Shown: positions 1-11,567, counted from the stretch's first letter. The stretch: 64,000 nt of DNA from Sedimentisphaerales bacterium (GCA_963663965.2 CAXXFK010000018.1:32001-96000), one strand, 5' to 3'. The notes: a model not told the origin generated them from the sequence alone. Made by a program: numbers and translations.

Positions 1-2
1 AT

Positions 3-269
3 TTACCCCGCGTCCACATCCCCGACCCACCCAGAATCCCCACACACCCCAGCGAAGCCAAATTGGCCCCCGAATACATCAAAGACCGCCTGCCTGAGTT
101 GATGAAAGACCACAGCGTAACTGACGACCAGGTCTTCAGTTACGCCTGCAACCGCTACGAAGCCCTCAACACCTTCTCCCAGCAGAACGGCGAAGAAGCC
201 CTCCACGCCCTCGGTATCCCCACCAAACCCCCGGCCGATATCCCCATCCAGGAGGAAAAGAAATAAGAT
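3..269 (+). CDS. hypothetical protein, C-terminal fragment (open at window start)
   Basis: Frame open from base 3 (LPRVHIPDPP...IQEEKK*); no motif recognised. Confidence 0.5.
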
Positions 270-570
270 AAACTCAACGACTACAACCAGAGCATAACAC
301 TCATGGATTGAACAGAAAATTCAATCCACCCGGACCCGCTGCGCACCTTGGTTACCAAATATATAGCAGTGAAACTGTTCTTTTATCGTTTGAAAAAAAC
401 GATCCGATTGGAACAGTTTCATGAATGAAACGAACGGATAACGCATTAATATTATCATCCCTGGCCCCGATGGCCGGCGAAAGCTCCATCAGCGCCTCCG
501 GGTGAAAAGTTTAAAGGGGTGAAGAAAACGACGTGGGCGATGCCCATCCTGTGACTGATCAACGGGTCGG

Positions 571-1155
571 TTACTGGGGGCAATAATCCAGCCAATAGGT
601 TGAGAGCCAGGCGAAATCGGGCATGAACGCGCCGGAATCGCTGCCATGCGGGTCTGTCCCTTTATCCAGCCAGCGGGCCGCCAGGTCAGCCAGATCCATC
701 ATGGATACCATGCAAACCCGGACCGCGCCGGTTTTCAGCCTGAACCGGATCCAGCCGATATTCTCGCCCCAGGCCCAGCCGTAAAACTGGCCGCCGGAAT
801 CAATTTTAACACCATAGTCGATTTTGGAATTGGGAACCTGGGGGCTGAAATTGATCCAGCCGGCATTTTCACTCCAGGCAAAGCCGGACAGATTGCCCGC
901 GCCATCATTCAACACGCCGCCGTACGTCGGGGCCAGGTTGATCCAGCCGAGATTTTCGGACCAGACAAATCCTTCGATCCGGTCGCGATAGACCTGCACG
1001 CCGGGACCCAGGCCGGGCTCGAAGTTGAGCCATCCGGCATTTTCACTCCAGGCGAATTGACTGCCGGTATTATCCGGGTCGATATTCTCTGCCAGCCCCA
1101 TACCGGCCAGCGTCAGCCAGAGACTCACAATTATAAGATGCGTTTTGTTATGCAT
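571..1155 (-). CDS. secreted protein with W(S/G)EN.GW(I/L) repeats
   Basis: Signal peptide; four copies of the AWSENAGWLNF/WSENLGWINL/WSENAGWINF/WGENIGWIRF motif; dockerin-like DL..LA..WL...DFA.L...WL tail. Confidence 0.75.
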   Translation of the reverse strand: MHNKTHLIIVSLWLTLAGMGLAENIDPDNTGSQFAWSENAGWLNFEPGLGPGVQVYRDRIEGFVWSENLGWINLAPTYGGVLNDGAGNLSGFAWSENAGWINFSPQVPNSKIDYGVKIDSGGQFYGWAWGENIGWIRFRLKTGAVRVCMVSMMDLADLAARWLDKGTDPHGSDSGAFMPDFAWLSTYWLDYCPQ

Positions 1156-1166
1156 GTTACCGGCCC

Positions 1167-2234
1167 TTAATCAGTCAGGTTGTCAACGCGCACACTGCCG
1201 GAACCCGACACCATGCTCGCCACCGTGTTTCCGAGAGCGACATTATTTTTGAGCATGACCACCTGGGTATTCGCGCTGATGCCGACACCGGTATTCCGAC
1301 AGCAAACATTATCGATAATCAGGCAGGAGTGAGAACAGAGCAGGCCTCCCCCCTGGGTGTTATCGCAAATATTGTTGCCCTTCACGGTGCAATTGGATGA
1401 GCAATAGAGCCCATAGTAACCGTTATAACCGCAGATATTGTTCTGGATCAGGCAATCCTGGCCGATACGCATGCCATAGTAACCGTTGTGGGTGCAGGTG
1501 TTGCCGATAATCTGGCAGGAATTGAGGCATTGAATACCGGCATAGGAATTGGAATGGGTGGCGCAGTTGTTGATTCGGCAGCCGGTAATGATTGCCCGGT
1601 TCTCGGTCCGGACCCCGTCCCAGGGACAGTCGCTGATCACGCAGTTTTCGACCCGATGCCCATCGCCCCAGAGCTGCAGACCGGCCCTGGCCGCCTTCTC
1701 GATCGTGACATCGCGAATCGTGGCATGGGAGGTGATCTTCGGCGTAGAGCCGCTTACCTTGAGAATCGCTATGCCAAACGTGAAACCGCGGTAATAGGTC
1801 TCGCCGTCCGTACGAAAATCGGAAACAATCGCGCCATTTTTAATTGTTACATCGGTATAGCTGTGATCAATGGAAATGCCGCTGTAACCGGATATCTGAT
1901 CGGGATCGGTCGTGGCCCAGCTCCGGCTGATGGTATAGCCGTTGAGGTCGATGGTGACATGGCCGGCCTGGACATGAATCACGGTTTTGTTATTGATATT
2001 GGACACAATATGATCGGTCAGGTAATACGTGCCGGGCTCGGTAATCAAATAGACAATCGTGTTGGTGCCGGACAGGCTTTGGATGGGGATGCGCGGTTCG
2101 ATCTGGTCCAGGGTCTTCATGGTGCCGGAGATGGGCGGTTCGGACGGTTCCAGTTGCCCGGCCTGGATGGCCTGAAAACAGAACAACAGGGTCAAAATCA
2201 AACCGGCGCTAACGGACGGGCTCAATAAACGCAT
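1167..2234 (-). CDS. secreted right-handed parallel beta-helix repeat protein
   Basis: Signal peptide from ATG 2234; ITEPGTYYLT / VTIDLNGYTI cap followed by Cys/Asn-rich beta-helix repeats. Confidence 0.8.
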   Translation of the reverse strand: MRLLSPSVSAGLILTLLFCFQAIQAGQLEPSEPPISGTMKTLDQIEPRIPIQSLSGTNTIVYLITEPGTYYLTDHIVSNINNKTVIHVQAGHVTIDLNGYTISRSWATTDPDQISGYSGISIDHSYTDVTIKNGAIVSDFRTDGETYYRGFTFGIAILKVSGSTPKITSHATIRDVTIEKAARAGLQLWGDGHRVENCVISDCPWDGVRTENRAIITGCRINNCATHSNSYAGIQCLNSCQIIGNTCTHNGYYGMRIGQDCLIQNNICGYNGYYGLYCSSNCTVKGNNICDNTQGGGLLCSHSCLIIDNVCCRNTGVGISANTQVVMLKNNVALGNTVASMVSGSGSVRVDNLTD

Positions 2235-2699
2235 TTGTTTCTCCTGCAAAGTAGACTCATCGGGTATGGAACGATCTGATTGTTCGCATGAGTCAAGGCG
2301 CCAAGTATCGCGTCTCTTCAGGCGGACTGGATTCATTTTTGATTTTTCTTCCAGGCTTTATTCAGATTTTTCCAGCAAACTCAACGCTTCGGCCACATCG
2401 CCGATCATAAGGCTATTATTATACTCCAGATCGCGATATTGGGCAATAGTCGAATTCGGCTAATTCCCAGTATGTTTGATAGATCCAGATTACGCCGGAT
2501 TATAATCGTCATAATCGATATCATTTTGCACATTCAACTTCATGGGGAATAAGATGTTCCCATAACCATTGTTGTCTGAATCCGGCTTCCCCCGCAATGA
2601 GTCAACTTCAACTGCCCCGATAAGCCGTGATTTTGGTTTGTGAAAAATGGGTAAAATGGAATTTTTTATATTGGTAGAATAGAAATAATTGGGGGAGGA

Positions 2700-3731
2700 T
2701 TATTTCAGAACCCAGCGTTTGAGGTGGTAGAATTTGACGGGCGGGCAGTGTTGACCGGGTTGCGGGCCGGGGGGGACGAGCATCCAGGCGGAGGAGGGGA
2801 CGATTTGGAGTTGGAGGGGGAGGGTGCAATAAGGGTCGCCGTCGATTTCGATGGGCAGATTTTCGCAGGGGCTGCTGATGTGTATTTTGTGGCAACGCCG
2901 TCGGAGCATTCTACCGGGCCAGTCTTTGAAGCGGCCGGCGGTGCGGACGGAATGGTGGAGCAGGTCGATCTGGTTTTTGCAGATATAGAAGGTCAGGTCG
3001 AAATAGCCATCGCCGCAATCGGCCTGGGGGCTGATAATTAAGCCGGCGGCATAGCGCGAGACATTGCTGACAAAAACCAGGCCGGGTTCTTCGGCGAGGA
3101 ATTCGCCATCGATTTCGACCCGGATCGGCGGGAATTTGTATTCCCAGAAGGTGCGGCAGATCGGCCAGATGTAATTGAGCGGGGTGATGTGGCCTGAGCG
3201 GCGGCTGTGAACGTATTTGACGACCTGGGCATCGAATCCAACTCCGATCACGGACATAAAGGAATGGTCATTCACTTTACCCAGATCCAGCGCCCGCATC
3301 ATGCCGCTATCGAGAGCGGCCAGGGCGTTATCGACGGTGCCATCCAGGCCCAGTTCTTGGGCCAGCAGGTTTTCGGTGCCAGTTGGGACCAGCAGGACCG
3401 GGACACAGCGGCCATGTATGGCGCCGGCTACTTCCCGGACGGTGCCATCGCCGCCGGCTACGACAATATGAACCGGGCAATCCTCCACCGCAATCGCATG
3501 ATAGGGGAGCTTTCCGTTCAACAGGTTATTCGATTCATCATGCAACCCTTCGGCGATCGCACATTGAACAGCCTGGCGGGCAAGTTCGCCGGCATGTTTC
3601 AGTGAGCGGGTCAGGTCGACCTGGACCCGATGGCCACGAGCCAGCAGGACCTCTCGCAGGTGTCTTAACGCCGAAACATCCAGGCTGTTGCCCGATTTTG
3701 GGTTGATAATGAACTGAAAAAATTTCTTCAA
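2700..3731 (-). CDS. diacylglycerol/lipid kinase family protein (YegS/BmrU-like)
   Basis: IINPKSG, VAGGDGTV, PTGTENLLA, GVGFDA and EIDGD motifs. Confidence 0.9.
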   Translation of the reverse strand: MKKFFQFIINPKSGNSLDVSALRHLREVLLARGHRVQVDLTRSLKHAGELARQAVQCAIAEGLHDESNNLLNGKLPYHAIAVEDCPVHIVVAGGDGTVREVAGAIHGRCVPVLLVPTGTENLLAQELGLDGTVDNALAALDSGMMRALDLGKVNDHSFMSVIGVGFDAQVVKYVHSRRSGHITPLNYIWPICRTFWEYKFPPIRVEIDGEFLAEEPGLVFVSNVSRYAAGLIISPQADCGDGYFDLTFYICKNQIDLLHHSVRTAGRFKDWPGRMLRRRCHKIHISSPCENLPIEIDGDPYCTLPLQLQIVPSSAWMLVPPGPQPGQHCPPVKFYHLKRWVLK

Positions 3732-4158
3732 AGTCCGTATTCCTTTGTTGATCAGCTGCTTCGGCCCGAATCCAAGTATATATATGATAAAGTGTTATAT
3801 GATTTTAAAGTCATTTCATAATCCGGGCTGATAATTAATGTATCGGCTGAATATCTGATAACAATTAGCCTCTTGGGATAGATGTTATTCGAATTCAAAT
3901 GAAATAGACGTTTCCTGAAAGAGAACCGGAACAGCCGGACAAATTCGATTCCAAATCCAAGTCTGTTAAACACATATGGATTATAATCGAATCAGGAGGG
4001 TATTTTCATGGTAAAAAACAGGCGATCTGATGATTTGTGAGAAATTAGCCAGGCGATTTGGACTGTCCAATAATAGATTTTGTTTTGATTTGTGGTTGAA
4101 CTATTCAATGAATGTTATTTTTCTGGAACCCCGGATGGGGTTTTACTATATTAATTCT

Positions 4159-4527
4159 ATGAAATTATCTATTTTGAAATCGAAATTACACCGAGCCACC
4201 ATTACGGAAGCCAATCTGGATTATGTTGGCAGTATTACAATTGATGAAGACCTGATGGACGCGGCGGGTTTATATGAATATGAAAAGGTGTTGGTTGCCA
4301 ATCTGGAAAATGGAACCCGTCATGAAACCTATGTGATCAAGGGCGCGCGCGGATCGGGTGTGATCTGTTCGAACGGCGCGGCCGCTCATCTGGTCAGCGT
4401 GGGGGATAAGGTGATCATTCTGGCTTTTGCCCAGTTGCATCCTGATGAAATTCCGGGACATAAACCACGCATTGTCGTCGTTGGTCCTGACAATAAAGTT
4501 GATAAGATCAAGGTAAGCCCCGATTAA
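4159..4527 (+). CDS. panD: aspartate 1-decarboxylase
   Basis: LKSKLHRATIT...YVGSITID (G-S autocleavage site), ETYVI, NGAAA. Confidence 0.95.
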   Translation: MKLSILKSKLHRATITEANLDYVGSITIDEDLMDAAGLYEYEKVLVANLENGTRHETYVIKGARGSGVICSNGAAAHLVSVGDKVIILAFAQLHPDEIPGHKPRIVVVGPDNKVDKIKVSPD

Positions 4528-4529
4528 TT

Positions 4530-5633
4530 ATGCGGCCGGAACTGTTTGTCATACCGTTTTTGAATCTCAGCATCAAGTCTTACGGGACGATGATGGTGAT
4601 CGGTTTTGTTTCGGCGATGTATCTGGCGCGCTGGCTGGCCCGCCGCTATAAAGAGGATCCTGAACATATCAGTGGATTTACTGTCTATGCCATGATTGCC
4701 GGGGTGCTGGGCGCGCGGATCTTTCACATTATCCATTTTATCGATCAATACCGCGATAACTGGATGGATGTCTTTAAGATCTGGAATGGCGGCTTGGAAT
4801 TTCTGGGCGGCTTTCTGGCGGTATTGGTCGTGATGTTTTTTTACTTCAGGCGGCACAAGCTGAACGCGCTGAAATATATGGATATTCTGGCGGTGGCGCT
4901 GATGATGGGGCTGGGTTTTGGCCGGATCGGCTGTTTTATCAATGGCTGCTGTTTCGGCAAGACCACCGAGCTGCCCTGGGGGATTGTTTTCCCGGTTTAC
5001 AATACCTATACGGATTTCAGTGTGGGCGCCAAGCCGCAGCAGTACTGGCAGTACAGTCATTCGTACAATTATCAGTTGTATCCCGACAACGACCGGCGGC
5101 CGGGCGAGGGGCCGATTATCCCGTTGCCCGATGATTATTACGATGGCTATGTCGATAAGGATGGGCATCGAGTCGATTCGCTGGAAGAGGTGCCGGCGGA
5201 TCAGAGGGAGCGGTATTCGCGGTATGTGAAACCGCCCGGCCTGCTTACCGAGAAGCAATTACAGGATATGCGCCGGGGCGGGCCTTACTGCATGCATCCG
5301 ATCCACCCGACCCAGATCTATTCATCGCTGAACGCGTTTGGCATTATGGCGATATTGCTGATCTGGCATAAAAGGCGTTTCAAGGCGTTCGATCAGGGTA
5401 AACCGATCGCCTTTGGTGTATTGTCGGCCCTGGTGCTGTTATTGTATGGTCCGACCCGCATTATCCTGGAATATCTGCGTTCGGACAGTCCCAAGGAATT
5501 TACCGGTTTGACGATTTCGCAGAATTTGTCGATTCTGGCTATTCTGGGGGGGATAGGGTTGATGATCTATGCGATTCGGCATGCTAAAAAGCAGGCACGG
5601 AAACTGGAAAGCGCCGGCAATACTCCGGGTTGA
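4530..5633 (+). CDS. lgt: prolipoprotein diacylglyceryl transferase
   Basis: GARIFH, W.GGL.F.GG, GRIGCFINGCCFG, HPTQIY and EYLR motifs. Confidence 0.9.
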   Translation: MRPELFVIPFLNLSIKSYGTMMVIGFVSAMYLARWLARRYKEDPEHISGFTVYAMIAGVLGARIFHIIHFIDQYRDNWMDVFKIWNGGLEFLGGFLAVLVVMFFYFRRHKLNALKYMDILAVALMMGLGFGRIGCFINGCCFGKTTELPWGIVFPVYNTYTDFSVGAKPQQYWQYSHSYNYQLYPDNDRRPGEGPIIPLPDDYYDGYVDKDGHRVDSLEEVPADQRERYSRYVKPPGLLTEKQLQDMRRGGPYCMHPIHPTQIYSSLNAFGIMAILLIWHKRRFKAFDQGKPIAFGVLSALVLLLYGPTRIILEYLRSDSPKEFTGLTISQNLSILAILGGIGLMIYAIRHAKKQARKLESAGNTPG

Positions 5634-5770
5634 TAAGCGTTATCGTTGTTAGTCCAATTGGGTATGGAACTATTAGATTGCGCGTGATTGAGGCTACAAA
5701 GGATCAGGTGCAAGGCAATAGACGCGAAGCATCGCGTATCTACTGACGGCAAACTTAAGGAAGGCTGCTT

Positions 5771-7168
5771 ATGGTTATACCGCCACTGGCGATTTTGGTG
5801 ATTGGTGTCGTTACGGTACTGGTAATGATTATTGTTTTGCGACTCAATGCCTTTCTGGCGATGATCGTGGCGGCCCTGGTGGTGAGTCTGCTGGCGCCGG
5901 GCGACTGGTCGGAGAAGGTGGGCCGGGTGGCAGTGGAATTCGGTACGACGGCCGGTAAGATCGGGATTGTGATCGCTTTGGCGGCGGTGATCGGGCGGTG
6001 TCTGATCGAGAGCGGATCGGCTGACCGGATTGTCCGGTTGATTCTGAAGCTGATGGGCGAGAAGCGTTGTCCGGTGGCATTGATGTCCAGTGGGTTTATT
6101 TTGTCGATCCCGGTGTTTTTCGATACGGTGTTTTACCTGCTGCTGCCGCTGGCCCGATCGATGCACCGCCGGACGAAAAAGAGTTATCTGCTGTTGATCC
6201 TGGCGATGGGGGCCGGGGCGTCGATTACCCATTCGCTGGTGCCGCCTACGCCGGGGCCTTTGCTGATCGCGGATATGCTGCATATCGATCTGGGAATTAT
6301 GATTGTGATCGGATTATTAACGGCGGGGTGTACGGGGGTGGTGATGCTGTTTTTTGTGAGCTGGCTGAGCGGCCGGTTCGATATTCCGATGCGGCCGCTG
6401 GAAGGGGGGCGGCCGGAACCGGAGCCGCTACCGGATGATCAATTGCCGGGGTTGTTGGCGGCGGAGCTACCGATTATTCTGCCGGTGCTGCTGATCGCTG
6501 CGCAGACGGTGGTGTCGATGCTGGCGAAAAACGCGGCGCCGGAGGCAGCGATACATTCACTGACAGGTTTGTTCGCGGTGATTGGCAACGCCAATTTTGC
6601 CATGCTGCTGGCGGCGGTGATCGCGCTGGTGGTGTTATGGCGTCAGCGGAAGCCCGGCCGGGAGGAACTGGCAAGAATGGTGGAGACCTCGCTAATGAGC
6701 GGTGGGGTGATTATTCTGATTACTTCGGCGGGAGGCGCCTTTGGCGCGATGCTCAAGGCCGCCGGGATTGGTGATGCGATAAAAGCGTTGATCGCGACTG
6801 ATGCCGGCGCGACGCTGGGAGGGATTCAGCTACTGTTGCTGGCCTGGTTTATTGCCTTTCTGATCAAGTTTGCCCAGGGTTCCAGTACGGTGGCGATGAT
6901 TACCGCATCGGGTATGATCGCGGCGCTGCTGGGGCCGGAACCGGCGCTCAGTTATCACGCGGTTTACCTGGCGTGCGCGATTGGATTTGGGGCCCAGTGC
7001 GGCAACTGGATGAATGACAGCGGGTTCTGGATTTTTGCGAAGATGAGCGGACTGACGGAAGTGGAGACCCTGAAGACCTGGACAGTGACGGTGAGCAGTC
7101 TGGCGGTGGTGGGGCTGGGATTTACGATACTGTTCGCGCAGATACTGCCCCTGGTTAAGGGACCGTAA
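5771..7168 (+). CDS. GntP family sugar-acid permease
   Basis: LRLNAFLA, ESGSADRI, IPVFFD, H.LVPPTPGP, AQGSSTVA and NDSGFW motifs. Confidence 0.92.
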   Translation: MVIPPLAILVIGVVTVLVMIIVLRLNAFLAMIVAALVVSLLAPGDWSEKVGRVAVEFGTTAGKIGIVIALAAVIGRCLIESGSADRIVRLILKLMGEKRCPVALMSSGFILSIPVFFDTVFYLLLPLARSMHRRTKKSYLLLILAMGAGASITHSLVPPTPGPLLIADMLHIDLGIMIVIGLLTAGCTGVVMLFFVSWLSGRFDIPMRPLEGGRPEPEPLPDDQLPGLLAAELPIILPVLLIAAQTVVSMLAKNAAPEAAIHSLTGLFAVIGNANFAMLLAAVIALVVLWRQRKPGREELARMVETSLMSGGVIILITSAGGAFGAMLKAAGIGDAIKALIATDAGATLGGIQLLLLAWFIAFLIKFAQGSSTVAMITASGMIAALLGPEPALSYHAVYLACAIGFGAQCGNWMNDSGFWIFAKMSGLTEVETLKTWTVTVSSLAVVGLGFTILFAQILPLVKGP

Positions 7169-7336
7169 ATAAATAACACCTTCATTTATCATCCTATCTT
7201 ACCGCCATCTTTAGCCGCTTCTCAATCGCGAAATCCTCGACATAGCACAGCACTGCCTGAGATTTCGCTCAATCGGCGCATCTGAATCTGACGACAAGCT
7301 GTGCGATAAATGCAGCATTTATTAATATACGGACCC
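7159..7336. mobile_element. 178-bp MITE, copy 1
   Basis: TIRs GGGACCGTAAATAAATAA / TTATTAATATACGGACCC; TAA on both sides (7156-7158, 7337-7339); homologous to 37004-37181. Confidence 0.75.
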
Positions 7337-7362
7337 TAAGACCTGATTTTTTTGGAGATACT

Positions 7363-8412
7363 ATGAAAGCGCTGGTTCTTACAGCTGCCAGTCAGTTTGA
7401 GTATAAGGATATTGCAGAACCTTCTTTGAGTGCTGATGAGGTGCGTATTGGCGTGCGGGCCTGCGGGATCTGCGGCAGCGATGTGCATGGGATGGATGGC
7501 AGTACGGGGCGGCGGATTCCGCCAATTGTGATGGGGCATGAAGCGACCGGAGTGATTGTTGAAATGGGGACGGCGGTATCCGGCTGGACTGTAGGGGATC
7601 GGGGTGACGTTCGACTCCACGATTTATTGTAACCGGTGTGATTTTTGCCGGGGGGGGCAGGTTAACCTGTGCGATAATCGACGGGTGCTGGGTGTGTCTT
7701 GTGGGGAATATCGTCAGAACGGGGCATTTGCCGAGTCGGTAGTAGTGCCGGCTCATATCCTATACCGGCTACCGGATGGGGGTGACCTTTGAGCAGGGCG
7801 CGATGGTGGAAGCGTTGTCGATTGCGGTCCATGCTGTTAAGCGAGTTGGTTTAAAGCCAGGCAGACGGCAGAGCGCGCTGGTGGTGGGGGCCGGGATGAT
7901 CGGGCTATTGACCATCCAGACCTTGAAGGCGCTGGGGGTGCGGGATGATTATCGCGGTGGATGTGGATCCGGGCCGGTTGCAACTGGCGAGGGAATTGGG
8001 GGCGGATCATGTATTGGATCCGGGGTCGGATGATGTGGCGGCCTGCTGCCGGGAGTTGAGTGGCGGCGGGGGTGTCGAGCTGGCGTTTGAGGCGGTAGGT
8101 GTGACGGAAACAGTTCGCGGGGCGATTGCCGCTTTGAAGAAAGGGGGGCGGCTGACGCTGATTGGTAATGTTTCGCCGGAGATTCAGTTGCCGTTACAGG
8201 CGGTGGTAACGCGGGAACTAACCTTGTATGGTTCGTGCGCCTCCAGTGGCGAATATCCCGAATGTTTGAGTCTGATAGCCGGGGGGGAAAGTGAATGTTG
8301 ACCGGTTGATCAGCGCGGGTGGCGCCGCTTGTCGCAGGGGGCTGACTGGTTCAGGCGGCTTTACGCCCGGGAGCCGGGATTGATGAAAGTGGTTTTGCGG
8401 CCGGACAGTTGA
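7363..8412 (+). pseudogene. zinc-binding (galactitol-1-P/sorbitol-type) dehydrogenase, frameshifted (possibly sequencing error)
   Basis: CGICGSDVH, MGHE, CxxCxxC..C and GAGMIG motifs split over four or more ORFs. Confidence 0.85.
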
Positions 8413-8461
8413 TGAATTGAACAAGTAAACGCTAACCTGTAGAGATAAGGAAAAATACGTT

Positions 8462-9597
8462 ATGGATACTCTTAAAACCGCGATTATCGGTTGTGGCAAA
8501 GTGGCGCATCTGCACGCGAAGGCGGCTGGCGGATATCCCGTTTTCTCAATTTAGCGCGGCTTGCAGCCGTTCACAGGCGAAGGCGGAGATGTTTGCCGGG
8601 AAATACGGGGTGAAGGCTTACGACAATATCACAGAAATGATCGAACGCGAATCGATCGACGCGGTGTTGGTGTGCACGCCCCATATGTTTCATGCCCGGC
8701 CGACGATAGAAGCGTTGGAGGCGGGGCGCGCATGTGCTGGTGGAAAAGCCGCTGGCTTCATCGCTGGCGGATTGCGACGCGATGATCAACGCGGCAAAAG
8801 CCACCGGGCGTATTTTGAGTATGGTTTCGCAGCGGCGGTTCTATGAACCCTGTCTGCGCCTGCGGGAGGCGATTGACGCCGGTAAGATCGGCACGCCGAT
8901 CCTGGGCGCCGCAACGCTGCTGGGCTGGCGGGATAAAGCTTATTACAACAGCGATTCGTGGCGCGGCTCCTGGCAGGATGAAGGGGGCGGGGTATTGGTG
9001 AATCAGTCGCCGCATCAACTGGACCTGCTGCAGTGGTATATGGGGCCGATTGCCGAACTTTACGGCGGCTGGGCCAACTTCAATCATCCTTATATCGAGG
9101 TGGAAGACAGTGCGGTGGCTGTGCTGCGTTTTCGCAATGGCGGGCTGGGGACCCTGATGGTCAGCAATTCGCAGAATCCAGCGCTTTACGGCAAGGTGCT
9201 GGTGCATGGCAGTAACGGCGCGTCGGTGGGCGTGCAGACCGATGGCGGGGTGATGTTTGTGGCGGGGGGTATCCGAAATCGAAGAAGCGCCTTATAACGA
9301 TCACTGGACGGTTCCGGGCGAACAGGACCAATTGGCGCAGTGGCAGCAGGAAGACCGCGCCCGGTTCAAGACAATCAAGGCGACCGAACACTATCACCGG
9401 TTTGCAGGTGGAGGATTTTCTGAATGCGATTATCGAGGGGCGTTTGCCGCTGGTAACGGCGGGAACAGGGGCGGGTGACAGTGGAGATATTTACCGCGCT
9501 TTATCGTTCGCAGCGGGACCGCAGGCCGGTGGCTTTTCCGGTACAGCCGGAAGAGGAGGATGGCAGCTATGACGGCCGGCTATCCGGGAATGCCTGA
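8462..9597 (+). pseudogene. Gfo/Idh/MocA oxidoreductase, frameshifted (possibly sequencing error)
   Basis: MDTLKTAIIGCGK start; VCTPH..H, LVEKPLA and GGGVLVNQSPHQLD motifs in consecutive frames. Confidence 0.85.
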
Positions 9598-9665
9598 TAA
9601 AATAGGTGTGCAAATACGAAAATGATTTTTGTCAGGCACTCTAAGCGTTTGTCCTGGTTCGGTCT

Positions 9666-11055
9666 TCAGTTTGCCCCGGTCTTTTTCCTGGCGGGCGCCA
9701 TGGCGGGATCCGGCCAGTCAGGATCGGGTGTTCTAGCGGCATTCATCATCTCTATCGCCCTGGCGACGAGATCAGGATGCGTTGCGGCGAGATCTCTGGT
9801 CTCGCCGAGATCATTGGAAAGGTTGTATAACTCGACCTTACCGCCCGGACTGGGCCGAACCGCTTTCCAATCGCCCCAGCGAATGGCTTGAATGCTGCGT
9901 CCTTCATGCAATTCCAATAGAAGTAATCTCGTTTGGGAGCAGGCCCCCCTTTAAGAAACTCGACAAGAGAGTAACCATCGGTCTGGAATCCTTTGGGAAT
10001 CTCGGCATGGCCAAGTTCGGCGAAGGTCGGTAGAAGATCCCAGAATGCCCAGGGTTCATCGGTAACGCGTCCGGCCGGCACCGTACCGGGCCACCAGGCG
10101 AAAGCGGCCTGTCGCAGACCGCCTTCATACATGCCGCGTTTGAAGCCACGCAGCTTGCCATCCATCGTTTGGTTAAACCGTTTTGCCCAGCGGCGTATTG
10201 GGAGCGAATGACGAACCGTTGTCTCCCGCGAAAATAATCAGCGTATTCTCGGCAATGCCTTTCTTTTTGAGTAAGTCCACAAGTTCACCGACGTTGGCGT
10301 CCAGGCGCGAGGACCATGGCCGCGTAGTTTTTTTCTTTTTCAGTCCAGGGTTTGTCGGCATAGATCCCCTGGCTGTCGATCTCGAATTGGCCGTGTGGCA
10401 GAGTGATGGCAATAAAACAGGAAGAAGGGTTCCCCGGCATGTTCCTCGACCCAATTGAGTACTTCCTGCTGTATAAGATTCTGGGCGTAGACGTTCTTGC
10501 CATTGCGGTTTTCGGGTATTTCGAACGATTTATCGTCGTTGTAAAGTCGGGTCGGGAAATAGTTGTGCGCGTGACGCTGGCAATTGTAACCATAGAAATG
10601 GTCGATCCCGTTTTTAAATGGGCTGCCGGAGGTATCGAACATACCCATGCCCCATTTACCCATGGTCGCTGTCTGATAGCCGGCGGACTTGAGAATTCTG
10701 GCCACGGTAACGGTGTTTTCCGGAAGCGGCCGCTGGCCTTCGGGCTGAATCTCGCGATTGGCCCGAATCGGGCAGTGGCCGGTGTGCAGGCCGGGTAAAG
10801 AAGGAGGAGCGGGAGGGTGCACAGACGGTGGTACCGGAGTAGGCGGACAGATAGCGCGTGCCTTCCTGGCATAACCGGTCCAGATTGGGGGTCTTGATCA
10901 GCTTCTGGCCATAGGCGCCCACATCCCCCTGGGCAATAATCGTCTGATAGAATGAAAATAAGGTTTGGCTTCCGGGTATCTGTTTCTACCGCCAGACATT
11001 GCGTCCAGGCCAGTGCAATGATTCCAAGAAGTTTTAGAAAGTTTAGTCGATTCAT
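9666..11055 (-). pseudogene. arylsulfatase, frameshifted (possibly sequencing error)
   Basis: [16 protein letters not shown] formylglycine motif, GKWG, GDNG, YEGGLR and ELYNL.NDLGE spread over several frames. Confidence 0.88.
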
Positions 11056-11226
11056 TTTATTCTTCCTGTTTATAGCTGTTTATTGTCTTTCGATGGGATT
11101 AAAACCAGGTGGTTGATCTTTGGAAACAATCACGCATACCACTTACTTATCCATTGTTTGAGGCCTGTATTATAAGATAAGGAAGCTGTCTCGCAACGAA
11201 AAAATACTCCAATGATTCCCTTTATG

Positions 11227-11558
11227 CTATTCACCCAGGAAGTCTTTGCGGATGGGGGTGAAGGTTGTCGAGGATGGCGCCGGCTTCCAATGCGACAACG
11301 CCGTGGGTCTGGCCGGGGGTGGCGTAATAGCAGTCGCCGGGGCCCAGTATTTTGGTTTCGTCGCCGACCTGGACTTCGAAGCGGCCGCTGACGATATAAC
11401 CGATCTGTTGATGGATATCGTGACTGTGGGGCGCGCCGATTCCGCCGGCGGCGGAAACGGAACTCCACCAGCATGAGACCGCCGGCGTAGCCCAGCACCC
11501 GACGGGATACTTTGTCATCCAGTTGTTCAAATGGTGTGGTTTGGTTAGTGATGATCAT
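11227..11558 (-). pseudogene. cupin domain protein (KdgF-like), frameshifted
   Basis: LMLVEF, PHSH..QQIGY..SG.F, HGVVALE and a reconstructed D.FTP.R.DFL end. Confidence 0.75.
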
Positions 11559-11567
11559 GAGAGCCTC

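Noticed and set aside
7363..11558. Programmed frameshifting or phase variation
   Set aside because: Several indels per gene across unrelated genes fit sequencing error better
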